The notes below the pieces were generated by a model. The model was not told the origin of the DNA. It made no database searches and saw only the letters and a program-made list of their open reading frames with translations. Shown here one piece after another: positions 33,641-43,258 of a DNA stretch of 64,000 nucleotides. The stretch is from contig JAZUKL010000066.1 of assembly GCA_045643245.1 (NCBI GenBank), positions 5,815-69,814 of the forward strand. The letters are read 5' to 3'. Origin of the DNA: Candidatus Enterocola sp. (GTDB taxonomy: Bacteria; Bacteroidota; Bacteroidia; Bacteroidales; Paludibacteraceae). The position numbers and the translations under genes were made by a program. The stretch's first letter is position 1. Each line of letters begins with the position of its first letter.

Positions 33641-34009
33641 CTATCTGACAGGACTCATGAATGCGTCCTCTATGTGTTCTATCTTAAATGTGCCGTCCGC
33701 TTTGCTTATTATTGACATAATGTCAAACCTTACCGGCATATCAAGTTTGTAAAACCTTATGTAACCGTCAGTGGCGTTAATGATTCTGCGTATTTTTCTG
33801 TCATTGACAGCCTCTTCCGGCTCTCCAAAATCTTCAGAACTGCGTGTCTTAACCTCAACCACAATCAGCATTCCGTCTTTTTCTGCAACTATATCAAGTT
33901 CCAAATGACCGCAATGCCATCGTGTGTCACGCACTTTATATCCGGCATTTTTCAACCAACTGACAGCTGTATTCTCGCCTTTTTTACCAAGTATTGTGTT
34001 ATCAAACAT
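33641..34009 (-). CDS. yraN: YraN-family (UPF0102) endonuclease-like protein
   Basis: GENTAVSWLKNAGYKVRDTRWHCGHLELDIVAEKDGMLIVVEVKTR shows the PD-(D/E)XK pattern of this family. Confidence 0.85.
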   Translation of the reverse strand: MFDNTILGKKGENTAVSWLKNAGYKVRDTRWHCGHLELDIVAEKDGMLIVVEVKTRSSEDFGEPEEAVNDRKIRRIINATDGYIRFYKLDMPVRFDIMSIISKADGTFKIEHIEDAFMSPVR

Positions 34010-34058
34010 TTTTAGTAACTTTGCAAATCATTAGCGAGCCTACAAAGGTAGTAAAAAT

Positions 34059-34280
34059 TTGGCGTTAAAAGCAAAAAAAATAGTGAAACCTGTTGATGGG
34101 TATAATCCTTACCTGCGGCGTAACAGACTTACTGTTATGCTCAACGATAAGGAATTTGCTATGCTGGAGCGTTTTCTTACTAAATACAAGGTGAAAAACA
34201 AGTCAAAATTCATAAGGGAATCAATAATGAAGGCTGTCATGAAACGCCTTAATGAAGATTACCCAAGCCTGTTTGATTAA
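34059..34280 (+). CDS. small ribbon-helix-helix-like protein (start codon uncertain, TTG in track)
   Basis: LTVMLNDKEFAMLERFLTKYKVKNKSKFIRESIMKAV is RHH/CopG-like. Its stop overlaps the tadA ATG by 1 nt. Confidence 0.5.
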   Translation: MALKAKKIVKPVDGYNPYLRRNRLTVMLNDKEFAMLERFLTKYKVKNKSKFIRESIMKAVMKRLNEDYPSLFD

Positions 34281-34720
34281 TGAGCGTAAATGATGATATA
34301 AGGTTTATGAAACTTGCTTTGGATGAGGCTCAGAAGGCGTACGATGCTGATGAGGTTCCTATAGGGGCGGTGATAACACTTGACGGACAGATAATAGGGC
34401 GTGGACATAATCTGACTGAGAGACTTGCTGATGTTACGGCACATGCTGAAATACAGGCAATTACGGCGGCATCGGAGACTTTAGGCTCAAAATATCTTGA
34501 AGGCTGTACAGTATATGTAACCGTTGAACCTTGCGTAATGTGTGCAGGGGCTATGTATTGGGCAAAGATAGCAAGACTTGTTTATGGAGCACCTGATGAG
34601 AAATACGGATACACTATAATAGCACCAAACGCTTTGCACCCTAAGACAACAGTTGAAAGCGGTGTACTTGCAGATGAGTGTGCTGATTTAATGAAAAAAT
34701 TTTTTAAGAACAAAAGATAA
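34280..34720 (+). CDS. tadA: tRNA adenosine(34) deaminase
   Basis: It has the CDA zinc motifs HAEIQAI and PCVMCAGA. Confidence 0.92.
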   Translation: MSVNDDIRFMKLALDEAQKAYDADEVPIGAVITLDGQIIGRGHNLTERLADVTAHAEIQAITAASETLGSKYLEGCTVYVTVEPCVMCAGAMYWAKIARLVYGAPDEKYGYTIIAPNALHPKTTVESGVLADECADLMKKFFKNKR

Positions 34721-34725
34721 TAATT

Positions 34726-36018
34726 ATGGACTTTGTAGATGAATTAAAGTGGCGTGGAATGTTGCACAGTATGATGCCAGGCACGCAGGAACAGTTGCAA
34801 AAAGAGATGACCGTTGCGTATCTTGGTATTGACCCAACGGCAGATTCCCTTCATATAGGTCACCTATGTGGAGTTATGATGTTACGTCATTTCCAACGAT
34901 GCGGACATAAACCTATTGCACTGATTGGTGGTGCTACAGGTATGATTGGTGACCCTTCAGGCAAGAGTCTTGAACGCAATTTGCTTGATGAGGCCACGTT
35001 AAGGCACAATCAAGAGGCTATCAAGAAACAACTTGAGCATTTCCTTGATTTTAACAGCAATCAACCTAATGCCGCTGAAATGGTCAACAACTATGATTGG
35101 ACCAAAAACGTAACATTCCTTGATTTTGCCCGTGAAATAGGCAAGCACATAACCGTTAATTATATGATGGCAAAGGAGTCCGTTCAAAAACGTCTTAACG
35201 GAGAGGCTCGTGACGGATTGTCATTTACAGAGTTTACCTATCAGCTTCTTCAAGGCTTTGACTTCATGACCCTTTATCAGACAAAAGGTTGCAGACTTCA
35301 ACTTGGAGGCTCAGACCAATGGGGTAACATCACTACAGGTACAGAATTAATCCGCCGTAAACTTGGCGGTGAGGCATTTGCCCTTACCTGCCCCCTTATA
35401 ACTAAGGCTGACGGTACTAAATTTGGCAAGACAGAGAGTGGTAATGTTTGGCTTGACCGCCGATATACATCGCCTTACAAATTCTATCAGTTCTGGCTTA
35501 ATGTGGCAGACAACGATGCTGAACGCTATATAAAGATATTCACATCACTTTCTAAAGAAGAGATTGACGCACTTATTGCAGAGCACCAGCAGGCACCACA
35601 TTTAAGAGCCCTGCAAAAGAAACTTGCAGAAGAGGTGACCGTTATGGTACACTCACGTGAAGATTATGACAAGGCTGTGGAGGCATCGGGTATTCTGTTT
35701 GGAAACGGTACTGCCGATTCCCTGAAATCACTTGATGAAGCCACTCTGCTTGATGTTTTTACAGGAGTTCCAAGTTTTGAGTTTTCAATTTCAGAAAATG
35801 AGGGGGCAAGACTTGCTGACCTTATGGTTGACAAAACGCAGGTGTTCCCATCAAAGGGAGAGATGAGAAAACTTGTACAAAACAACGGATTCTCTGTAAA
35901 TAAGGTGAAAATCACTGACCCTAACGCAACATTCAGCAAAGATATGCTTCTTGACGGCAAGTATCTGCTGGTACAGAAAGGCAAAAAGAATTATGTACTG
36001 CTGATTGGTAAGGCATAA
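34726..36018 (+). CDS. tyrS: tyrosine--tRNA ligase
   Basis: It has the HIGH motif (LHIGHL), KFGKT (the KMSKS equivalent) and a C-terminal S4-like domain. Confidence 0.95.
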   Translation: MDFVDELKWRGMLHSMMPGTQEQLQKEMTVAYLGIDPTADSLHIGHLCGVMMLRHFQRCGHKPIALIGGATGMIGDPSGKSLERNLLDEATLRHNQEAIKKQLEHFLDFNSNQPNAAEMVNNYDWTKNVTFLDFAREIGKHITVNYMMAKESVQKRLNGEARDGLSFTEFTYQLLQGFDFMTLYQTKGCRLQLGGSDQWGNITTGTELIRRKLGGEAFALTCPLITKADGTKFGKTESGNVWLDRRYTSPYKFYQFWLNVADNDAERYIKIFTSLSKEEIDALIAEHQQAPHLRALQKKLAEEVTVMVHSREDYDKAVEASGILFGNGTADSLKSLDEATLLDVFTGVPSFEFSISENEGARLADLMVDKTQVFPSKGEMRKLVQNNGFSVNKVKITDPNATFSKDMLLDGKYLLVQKGKKNYVLLIGKA

Positions 36019-36087
36019 TACGGGAGTTTCACTATAAACTATTGGTTTGGCTTGAGACAACGGTGAGAGATAAATTTAATTGACAAT

Positions 36088-36126
36088 CGGGTCAAGGTTT
36101 CATTGGAAACTTTGACCCGTTTTTTG
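36088..36126 (+). terminator. intrinsic terminator after tyrS
   Basis: A 14-bp stem CGGGTCAAGGTTTC-attg-GAAACTTTGACCCG is followed by TTTTTTG. Confidence 0.85.
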
Positions 36127-36188
36127 CATTCATCCGCTTTCGTTAATAAAAAAGCAGGTATAAATTTTGCAGTTTATTCACTAAGTTG

Positions 36189-36196
36189 TACATTTG
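36189..36196 (+). promoter_or_regulatory. -7 box TACATTTG for ribF
   Basis: It matches TAnnTTTG, 28 nt upstream of ATG 36224. Confidence 0.5.
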
Positions 36197-36223
36197 CAAA
36201 ATTTTTGATGTAACGCAGATATC

Positions 36224-37138
36224 ATGACAGTTATTGAAGATTTCAATTTGGTGGACAAAGAGTGTGGCTACGCATGTACCATTGGCTTTTTTGACGGTTT
36301 GCATATAGGTCACAAGTCTCTTATTGAGCGCTTGAAGGAGGCTGCAGAGCAAAGAGGTTTAAGGACACTTATTGTAACTTTTGCACAGCACCCAAGAGAA
36401 CTGATGAAAGTCAGTTATGTGCCAAAACTTCTTACAACCACATCAGAGAGGCTTGAAATGCTTGAAAGCCTTGGCATTGATGCCTGCTATGTAATAAAGG
36501 ACAGACAAACCTTTGAATTTTCAAGTTCTTATTTCCTAAATCATGTGTTGGCTGAAAAACTGAATGTAAAGTATCTGCTTGTGGGATATGACCACCATTT
36601 TGGCAGTGACAGAGAGCATGGAATAGACTACTATAAGGAGTGTGGTGCAAAGTTTGGAGTTGAGGTGGAGCAGGAGAGTGCTGTATCGGCAGGAAAGATT
36701 ATGGTAAGCTCATCTGAGATACGCAGGCAACTGCAAGCCGGCAAGCTGGACAATATTACCAAACTATTAGGCTATAACTATTTTCTTGAGGGTACTGTGG
36801 TGCATGGCAGAAGCGTTGGTAAAGAGATTGGTTTCCCAACGGCAAATGTGGCACTTAATGATGTAAGAAAGTTGATACCAAAAGAGGGTGTATATTCCAC
36901 AAAGGTTAAGATTGAGGACGAGTCTCATATTTTTAAGGGAGTTTTGAATATTGGTGTCAGACCAACTTTCATACAACTTGGCTCGGAAAAGACCATAGAG
37001 GTGCATATCCTTGACTTTACCGGAGACATCTATGGTAAGAAAATAAAAATAGAACTTCTCAAATACCTGCGTGCGGAGGAGAAGTTTGAAAATGCTTCCC
37101 AACTTACAAAACAGATTCAAAAGGACATTACGCTTTAA
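36224..37138 (+). CDS. ribF: bifunctional riboflavin kinase / FAD synthetase
   Basis: It has GFFDGLHIGH (the FMN adenylyltransferase part) and GRSVGKEIGFPTANV (the kinase part). Confidence 0.92.
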   Translation: MTVIEDFNLVDKECGYACTIGFFDGLHIGHKSLIERLKEAAEQRGLRTLIVTFAQHPRELMKVSYVPKLLTTTSERLEMLESLGIDACYVIKDRQTFEFSSSYFLNHVLAEKLNVKYLLVGYDHHFGSDREHGIDYYKECGAKFGVEVEQESAVSAGKIMVSSSEIRRQLQAGKLDNITKLLGYNYFLEGTVVHGRSVGKEIGFPTANVALNDVRKLIPKEGVYSTKVKIEDESHIFKGVLNIGVRPTFIQLGSEKTIEVHILDFTGDIYGKKIKIELLKYLRAEEKFENASQLTKQIQKDITL

Positions 37139-38852
37139 TGTCCTTTACCATCAGTTGTATTGATTTATTGCCATTGAAGTTGTTTTCTTCAATGGTATAG
37201 CAAATGCTTATTGGTTTCAGACCTTTTATGTGGTCATTGAACTGCTTGCCCATTCCAAATGCAATGCCGTTCATTACATTCTCACTATCAGGTTCTGTAA
37301 GCTCAAGTTTCATGTGTTCCAACTCCTTGCCTACCAAGCGGCTTGTGCCAAAATCAACCACATTGTCCGTTGCAAACACAGGTTTCAGATTGTCAGGTCC
37401 GAAAGGAGCAAACTTTTGAAGTATCTTAAAGAATTTAGGGGTTATCTCACTGAAATGGATAACTGCATCAACGTCAATCTGAGGGGTTTTTTGCTCATCA
37501 GTAATGTTAGCGGATACGTATTCATCAAATCTGCGTTGGAACTCAGGCACATTCTCCTCTTTCATTGTAAGACCTGCCGCATAAATATGACCTCCAAAAT
37601 TTTCAAGCAAATCTCTGCATGAGTCAATTGCCTTGTAAATGTCAAATCCGCTTATTGAACGGGCTGAGCCTGTTGCAAAGCCGTTAGACAGTGTAAGAAC
37701 CACTGACGGACGGTAAAATTTCTCACTTAAACGTGATGCAACTATACCAATAACACCTTTACTCCACTTTGGATTATATATCACAATAGAGTTTCTGTTT
37801 GCAAACTCCCCGTCATTGTCAATGCTCCCAAGTGCATCTTCAGTTGTCTTCTTATCCAAATCCTTGCGTTCCTGATTGTAAGAGTCAATTTGTGTGCTCA
37901 TTTTCTTTGCAAAATGAAGGTCTTTGGTAATAAGCAGTTCCACCGCTTCACCGGCAGAGTGCATTCTGCCTGATGCATTTATTCTTGGTCCTATCTTAAA
38001 TACAATGTCACTTACGGTGACTTCTTTCCCCTTTAGTCCGCAAACGTCCATTATGCCTTGCAGTCCAATGCACGGATTTTGGTTGAGTTGCTCAAGACCG
38101 AAAGACATAAGCACACGGTTCTCTCCTGTAATAGGCACAATATCAGATGCAATGCTTACGGCAAGCAAATCCATAAGTGATGTAAGTTTTTCAAACGGAA
38201 TGCTATTGCTTATGGCAAAAGCCTGCATCAACTTGAATCCTACGCCACAGCCTGAAAGATGTGGGTAAGGATATGTGGAATCAACTCTTTTAGGGTCAAG
38301 AACAGCCACTGCGGGAGGTAGTGTGTCATCAGGATTATGATGGTCACAAATTATTATGTCAACATTACGCTGTGTGGCATATTTCACCTTTTCTATAGCC
38401 TTGATACCGCAGTCAAGTACAATAATCAGGGAGAATCCGTTTTCAAATGCGTAGTCAATGCCTTTATATGAGATTCCGTAGCCTTCATCATTGCGGTCTG
38501 GAATATAAAAACCTATGTTTGAGGCAGATGTATAAGGTTGAAGGAACTTGTATACAAGCGTTACCGCTGTAGTTCCGTCAACATCGTAGTCTCCATAAAC
38601 AAGAATTTTCTCTTTATTGCTTAACGCCTTATTTATTCTGTCAACAGCCTTATCCATATCATTCATAAGAAAGGGGTCATGAATATGGTCAAGTTGCGGG
38701 TGGAAGAAACGGCTTGCGTCATCCATAGTTTTTATTCCGCGTTGTACCAGCAGCTGACAAAGCGTAGGGCTGATTTTCAGTTGCTCAACAAGTTGCCTCT
38801 TGCACTCCTCATCTTCAGGCGATAGATTATTTATTATCCAACGATTTTCCAT
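37128..38852 (-). CDS. recJ: single-stranded-DNA-specific exonuclease RecJ
   Basis: It has the DHH motifs YGDYDVDGTT, DCG and DHH (ICDHHNP), plus GGH. The start is at MENRWIINNL, 20 nt downstream of a -7 box. Confidence 0.92.
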   Translation of the reverse strand: MENRWIINNLSPEDEECKRQLVEQLKISPTLCQLLVQRGIKTMDDASRFFHPQLDHIHDPFLMNDMDKAVDRINKALSNKEKILVYGDYDVDGTTAVTLVYKFLQPYTSASNIGFYIPDRNDEGYGISYKGIDYAFENGFSLIIVLDCGIKAIEKVKYATQRNVDIIICDHHNPDDTLPPAVAVLDPKRVDSTYPYPHLSGCGVGFKLMQAFAISNSIPFEKLTSLMDLLAVSIASDIVPITGENRVLMSFGLEQLNQNPCIGLQGIMDVCGLKGKEVTVSDIVFKIGPRINASGRMHSAGEAVELLITKDLHFAKKMSTQIDSYNQERKDLDKKTTEDALGSIDNDGEFANRNSIVIYNPKWSKGVIGIVASRLSEKFYRPSVVLTLSNGFATGSARSISGFDIYKAIDSCRDLLENFGGHIYAAGLTMKEENVPEFQRRFDEYVSANITDEQKTPQIDVDAVIHFSEITPKFFKILQKFAPFGPDNLKPVFATDNVVDFGTSRLVGKELEHMKLELTEPDSENVMNGIAFGMGKQFNDHIKGLKPISICYTIEENNFNGNKSIQLMVKDIKA

Positions 38853-38861
38853 AAAAAATAT

Positions 38862-38879
38862 TAACTTTGCACAAAGATA
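38862..38879. promoter_or_regulatory. face-to-face divergent -7 boxes (recJ / tsaC)
   Basis: TAACTTTG-ca-CAAAGATA is an 18-nt near-palindrome that supplies a TAnnTTTG box on each strand. Confidence 0.55.
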
Positions 38880-38898
38880 ATGAATTAGAGTGAAAAAG

Positions 38899-39483
38899 AT
38901 GGAAAATGATGACAAATTATTAGTTGAAGAGGTAAAAAAGGCTGTTGAGGTTATGAAGAATGGGGGTATAATTCTTTATCCCACCGATACGGTATGGGGT
39001 ATAGGTTGTGATGCCACCAACGCTCAGGCGGTCTCAAAAATCTACAAGTTAAAGCAGCGTGAAGACTCTAAATCAATGCTTTGCCTGGTTGATTCAATGG
39101 CAAGAGTTGCCATGTATGTGGAGCAGGTGCCTGAAATGGCGTATGATTTGACTGAGATAAGTGAAAAGCCTATAACGGTAATATACCCTGCCGCCAAAGG
39201 GGTTGCACCAAACCTTATAGCAGAGGACGGAAGTCTTGGAATAAGAATTTCAGGAGAAAAATTTTCAAAATATTTATGTGGGGCATTGGGTAAGCCCGTA
39301 GTTTCCACATCGGCAAACATAAGCGGAGAGCCTACGGCGGCAACTTTTTCTGAAATTTCAGACACCATAAAGAGTGGTGTTGACCATATTGTCAACTACA
39401 GACGCTCCGATAATGAAAAAAAACAGCCGTCATCAATAATAAAGTTGGAAAAAAACGGTATCTTTGTAATTTTAAGGAAATAG
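38899..39483 (+). CDS. tsaC: L-threonylcarbamoyladenylate synthase (YrdC/Sua5 family)
   Basis: It has ILYPTDTVWGIGCDATN and STSANISGEP. The start is at the ATG (MENDDK) rather than the upstream GTG. Confidence 0.88.
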   Translation: MENDDKLLVEEVKKAVEVMKNGGIILYPTDTVWGIGCDATNAQAVSKIYKLKQREDSKSMLCLVDSMARVAMYVEQVPEMAYDLTEISEKPITVIYPAAKGVAPNLIAEDGSLGIRISGEKFSKYLCGALGKPVVSTSANISGEPTAATFSEISDTIKSGVDHIVNYRRSDNEKKQPSSIIKLEKNGIFVILRK

Positions 39484-40890
39484 TTGACTTTGAAAAAGAG
39501 AAGCATATTATATGAATACGTTATATGTGATGCTGTAATGGCATTGCTTGCCTGGGCAATATTGAACGGCATCAGAACTATGGCGGCATTGAGAACTGAT
39601 GAGTTCAGTTACTTGTTCATGCTTCCTGAGTATAACGCAAAGATTGTATATCCGTTAATTCCTTTTTTTTGGCTTTTTCTAAATTGGATGTCAGGCTATT
39701 ACAATGATGTGTGGTTCAAGTCAAGAGTGTCTGAATTGGTTACAACCACACTTACAACCATAATAGGCTCTACAATACTTTTCTTCTTTATTATTGTTGA
39801 TGATTCTGTCTCTGATTATTCAGTATATCTACAGTCATACTTTACCCTGATAGGATTGCAGTTTACCCTTACATACGTAGCAAGGCTTGCAATAACGGTA
39901 AAGAGTGCAGAGCGAATTAACAAAGGTGAAATAGGATTCAATACATTGATTCTTGGAGTTGGGGGGAAAGCGGCAAAACTATATAAAGACTTGTTATCCA
40001 CTCCAAAATCAACAGGCTACATAGTAAAGGGATTTGTGCATATGGAGTCATCTACAGAGATAAGGGTTCCGAATGATATGGTTTTAGGTACAGGAAAAGA
40101 GTTGTCAGAGATTATAGATGAGTTTTCTGTATCGCAAGTCATTATTGCCGTTGAAAACATAACAGAGGAGAAAATCTACTCCATAATGGGAACTATAGGG
40201 CAGACAGGCGTGGGTATAAAGTTTATTCCGTCAAAGTATCAGTTGGTGACGGGAAGTGTAAAACTTGACACCATTTACGGCATACCTATGATTGACCTTT
40301 CCGCCATAAAAATGAGTGATTGGGAGGTTAACTTCAAACGCTTTTTTGATATTGTACTTTCAATTTTTGCCATAATCCTGCTTTCTCCGCTATATGTATT
40401 CCTTTTCATCGCTGTTGGAAAAAAGCCTATCTATTCACAGGAGAGGGTTGGACAGCATGGCAGGATTTTCCGCATTTACAAGTTCCGTAGCATGATTCTG
40501 AATGCTGAAACGGACACTCCGATGCTATCATCATATGATGACCCAAGAATTACAGGATTAGGCAGGTTTATGCGTAAATATCGTTTGGATGAGTTGCCTC
40601 AGTTCTATAATGTAATTAAGGGGAATATGTCACTTGTAGGTCCAAGACCTGAGCGTCAATATTATGTGGAACAGATAGTTAAGGCGGCTCCGTATTACTA
40701 CATGCTACAGAATGTAAAGCCTGGAATAACATCGTGGGGAATGGTAAAGTTCGGGTATGCAAATACTGTGGAGCAGATGGTTGAGAGGGCATCGTATGAT
40801 ATGCTTTATCTTGAAAACGCTTCATTGTTGCTTGACCTTAAGATTATGATATACACAGTTAAGACAATTTGTACAGGAAGGGGAATGTAA
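39484..40890 (+). CDS. polyprenyl glycosylphosphotransferase (WbaP-like sugar transferase)
   Basis: An N-terminal TM region is followed by the C-terminal KFRSM...DELPQFYNVIKGNMSLVGPRP signature. The TTG start is taken from the track and is uncertain. Confidence 0.85.
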   Translation: MTLKKRSILYEYVICDAVMALLAWAILNGIRTMAALRTDEFSYLFMLPEYNAKIVYPLIPFFWLFLNWMSGYYNDVWFKSRVSELVTTTLTTIIGSTILFFFIIVDDSVSDYSVYLQSYFTLIGLQFTLTYVARLAITVKSAERINKGEIGFNTLILGVGGKAAKLYKDLLSTPKSTGYIVKGFVHMESSTEIRVPNDMVLGTGKELSEIIDEFSVSQVIIAVENITEEKIYSIMGTIGQTGVGIKFIPSKYQLVTGSVKLDTIYGIPMIDLSAIKMSDWEVNFKRFFDIVLSIFAIILLSPLYVFLFIAVGKKPIYSQERVGQHGRIFRIYKFRSMILNAETDTPMLSSYDDPRITGLGRFMRKYRLDELPQFYNVIKGNMSLVGPRPERQYYVEQIVKAAPYYYMLQNVKPGITSWGMVKFGYANTVEQMVERASYDMLYLENASLLLDLKIMIYTVKTICTGRGM

Positions 40891-42662
40891 TGACAAAGTG
40901 GGAAGGCAGATATGACAGACTTATAAACTGGAGGGAGAAGTCAATTCCTAATGACAGGTTTGTACTTATCCTCAGTTTTATTGTCGGGGTGCTGACCTCT
41001 TTTGCGGCATGTATTCTAAAGCAACTGATACACCTTTTCCAATATCTGCTTACTCTTAATTTCTCTATTTATAATGTAAATTTTCTCTATTTGCTTTACC
41101 CTGCCGTGGGTATTCTACTGACGGCTCTTTTTGTAAAGTATGTAGTAAAGGACGATATAAGCCACGGTGTTACAAAGATTCTTTTTGCCATATCGCAACG
41201 GAAAAGTATTATAAAACCACACAATATGTGGTCATCTGTTGTGGCAAGTTCCGTTACAATAGGTTTTGGTGGTTCTGTTGGTGCTGAGGCTCCTGTTGTG
41301 CTTACAGGTTCTGCCATTGGCTCTAATCTTGGCAGATTCTTCAAACTTGACCAAAAGACCCTAATGCTGATGGTTGGATGTGGTGCTGCAGGTGCCATAG
41401 GAGGCATATTCAAGGCTCCAATTGCAGGAATTGTGTTTACTGTTGAGGTGCTTATGCTTGACATGACATTCTCTTCAATAATTCCTCTGCTTATATCTTC
41501 TGTAACCGCCACTACCATAGCGTATATATTTACAGGTACTGAATCCCAATTTGCAATGCAGGAGGATGCCTTTATGATTTCAAGAATACCGTATTACCTT
41601 ATTCTTGGACTTGTGTGCGGATTCATATCGCTCTATTTCACCCGCGGAATGAATTGGGTAGAGAACCTCTTTGCCAAAATAACCAATTTTTGGGTTAAGT
41701 TTGCTGTGGGTGCAGTAATTCTTAGTGCCTTGATTTTCCTGTTTCCTCCATTTTACGGTGAAGGTTATGATTCGATATCTTATCTTTTGAATCTGAACCA
41801 TGGTGCCATATTTGAGCATAGTCTTTTCTATGGTCTTAAAAACAGCACTTTTTGGCTGGTGGCATATCTTTTAATGATAATTCTGTTTAAGATTTTTGCT
41901 TCTGCCGCCACCAACGCCGCCGGCGGATGCGGTGGTATCTTTGCTCCATCGCTGTTTGTGGGGTGCTTTACAGGGTTTTTAGTTGCAGTTGTACTTGAAC
42001 TGCTTGGTGTAAATGTGCCTGCCCAAAACTTTGCTTTGGCTGGCATGGCGGGGCTTATGTCAGGTGTGATGCACGCTCCTCTTACAGGTGTGTTCCTAAT
42101 TGCTGAACTTACGGGCGGATATTCTCTGTTTATTCCTTTGATGATAGTCAGTGTAATTTCATACTGCACCATATATGTGTTTGAACCTCACAGCCTTTAC
42201 TCAATGCGTCTTGCAAAGAAGGGTGAACTTATGACTCACAATAAGGACAAGGCTGTGCTTACACTTCTTAAGACTGATGATTTGATTGAGACTGATATTC
42301 AAACCATAAGCCCTAATGCAATGTTTGGTGACTTAATCAAACTTATTTCATCTTCAAACAGAAATATTTTTGCTGTAGTTGACAGGCACGGGGTGTTCTT
42401 GGGTATTGTATCGCTTGAGGAGGTCAGAAACATTATGTTCCGACCTGAACTTTATAACAGATTCAGTGTCCGCAGACTTATGGTATCACCGCCTGAAAAG
42501 ATTTATGTAGGTGAATCTATGGAGTCTGTTGTAAAGAAATTTGACGATTCTCACGCATGGAATCTTCCTGTTTTGAACGGAGACAAGTATGTGGGCTTTG
42601 TCTCAAAATCAAGAATCCTTGCCGCATACAGGGATATGCTTGTTGAAATTTCAGCGGAGTAG
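40890..42662 (+). CDS. ClC-family chloride channel/antiporter with C-terminal CBS pair
   Basis: It has GGSVGAEAP and GGIFAPSLFVG selectivity-filter-like motifs and a CBS-like C-terminus. The start MTKWEGRY overlaps the upstream stop by 1 nt. Confidence 0.88.
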   Translation: MTKWEGRYDRLINWREKSIPNDRFVLILSFIVGVLTSFAACILKQLIHLFQYLLTLNFSIYNVNFLYLLYPAVGILLTALFVKYVVKDDISHGVTKILFAISQRKSIIKPHNMWSSVVASSVTIGFGGSVGAEAPVVLTGSAIGSNLGRFFKLDQKTLMLMVGCGAAGAIGGIFKAPIAGIVFTVEVLMLDMTFSSIIPLLISSVTATTIAYIFTGTESQFAMQEDAFMISRIPYYLILGLVCGFISLYFTRGMNWVENLFAKITNFWVKFAVGAVILSALIFLFPPFYGEGYDSISYLLNLNHGAIFEHSLFYGLKNSTFWLVAYLLMIILFKIFASAATNAAGGCGGIFAPSLFVGCFTGFLVAVVLELLGVNVPAQNFALAGMAGLMSGVMHAPLTGVFLIAELTGGYSLFIPLMIVSVISYCTIYVFEPHSLYSMRLAKKGELMTHNKDKAVLTLLKTDDLIETDIQTISPNAMFGDLIKLISSSNRNIFAVVDRHGVFLGIVSLEEVRNIMFRPELYNRFSVRRLMVSPPEKIYVGESMESVVKKFDDSHAWNLPVLNGDKYVGFVSKSRILAAYRDMLVEISAE

Positions 42663-42663
42663 A

Positions 42664-43245
42664 TTAACTGACACTCTGCTTTTTCCACTTTATATAACCT
42701 GCTATTGCAATTACTGAGTATATGGCATAAAGCCCTGCGGTAATGTCTATTCCCTTGTAGATGTACAGCCCTACGGTAACTACATCAACTATAAGCCAAA
42801 CAAGCCATTGCTCTGTGTATTTGCGTGAAAGCATCCACAACGCCACTATTGAGAGGGCTGTTGTAAAGCTGTCACAAATGGGTACTGTGCTGTTTGTAAA
42901 GTTTATAAGCAATAGGTAGATGGCAATATGAAGTACTGCGTACGATGCTACAAGTACAGGTATAAGTCTTTTGTCTGAATCAAGTATAGAGTGAGGAATG
43001 CTGTTTTTTGTTTGAGTGTCAGGTTTACGTATAATCCAACATACAAATCCGTAAATTCCGGCAAGTATGTAATATACATTTATGGCAGCATCAGCGTAAA
43101 GTCCTGAGTTATAGTATAGAATACCATGAACAATTGGCATGACTATGCCTACTGCCCACATCCAGACATTTACTTTGTATTCTAACCATAGGTAGAGTAA
43201 TCCAAGTACAACTCCTGCTATTTGTAAAAACATGTTAAAGTCCAT
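42664..43245 (-). CDS. pnuC: PnuC-family transporter (probably the thiamine-specific PnuT, given the upstream TPP riboswitch)
   Basis: This is a 193-aa polytopic protein with W-rich helices typical of PnuC. It is the second gene behind a TPP riboswitch and a TonB receptor. Confidence 0.8.
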   Translation of the reverse strand: MDFNMFLQIAGVVLGLLYLWLEYKVNVWMWAVGIVMPIVHGILYYNSGLYADAAINVYYILAGIYGFVCWIIRKPDTQTKNSIPHSILDSDKRLIPVLVASYAVLHIAIYLLLINFTNSTVPICDSFTTALSIVALWMLSRKYTEQWLVWLIVDVVTVGLYIYKGIDITAGLYAIYSVIAIAGYIKWKKQSVS

Positions 43246-43258
43246 ATGTTAAAAAATG

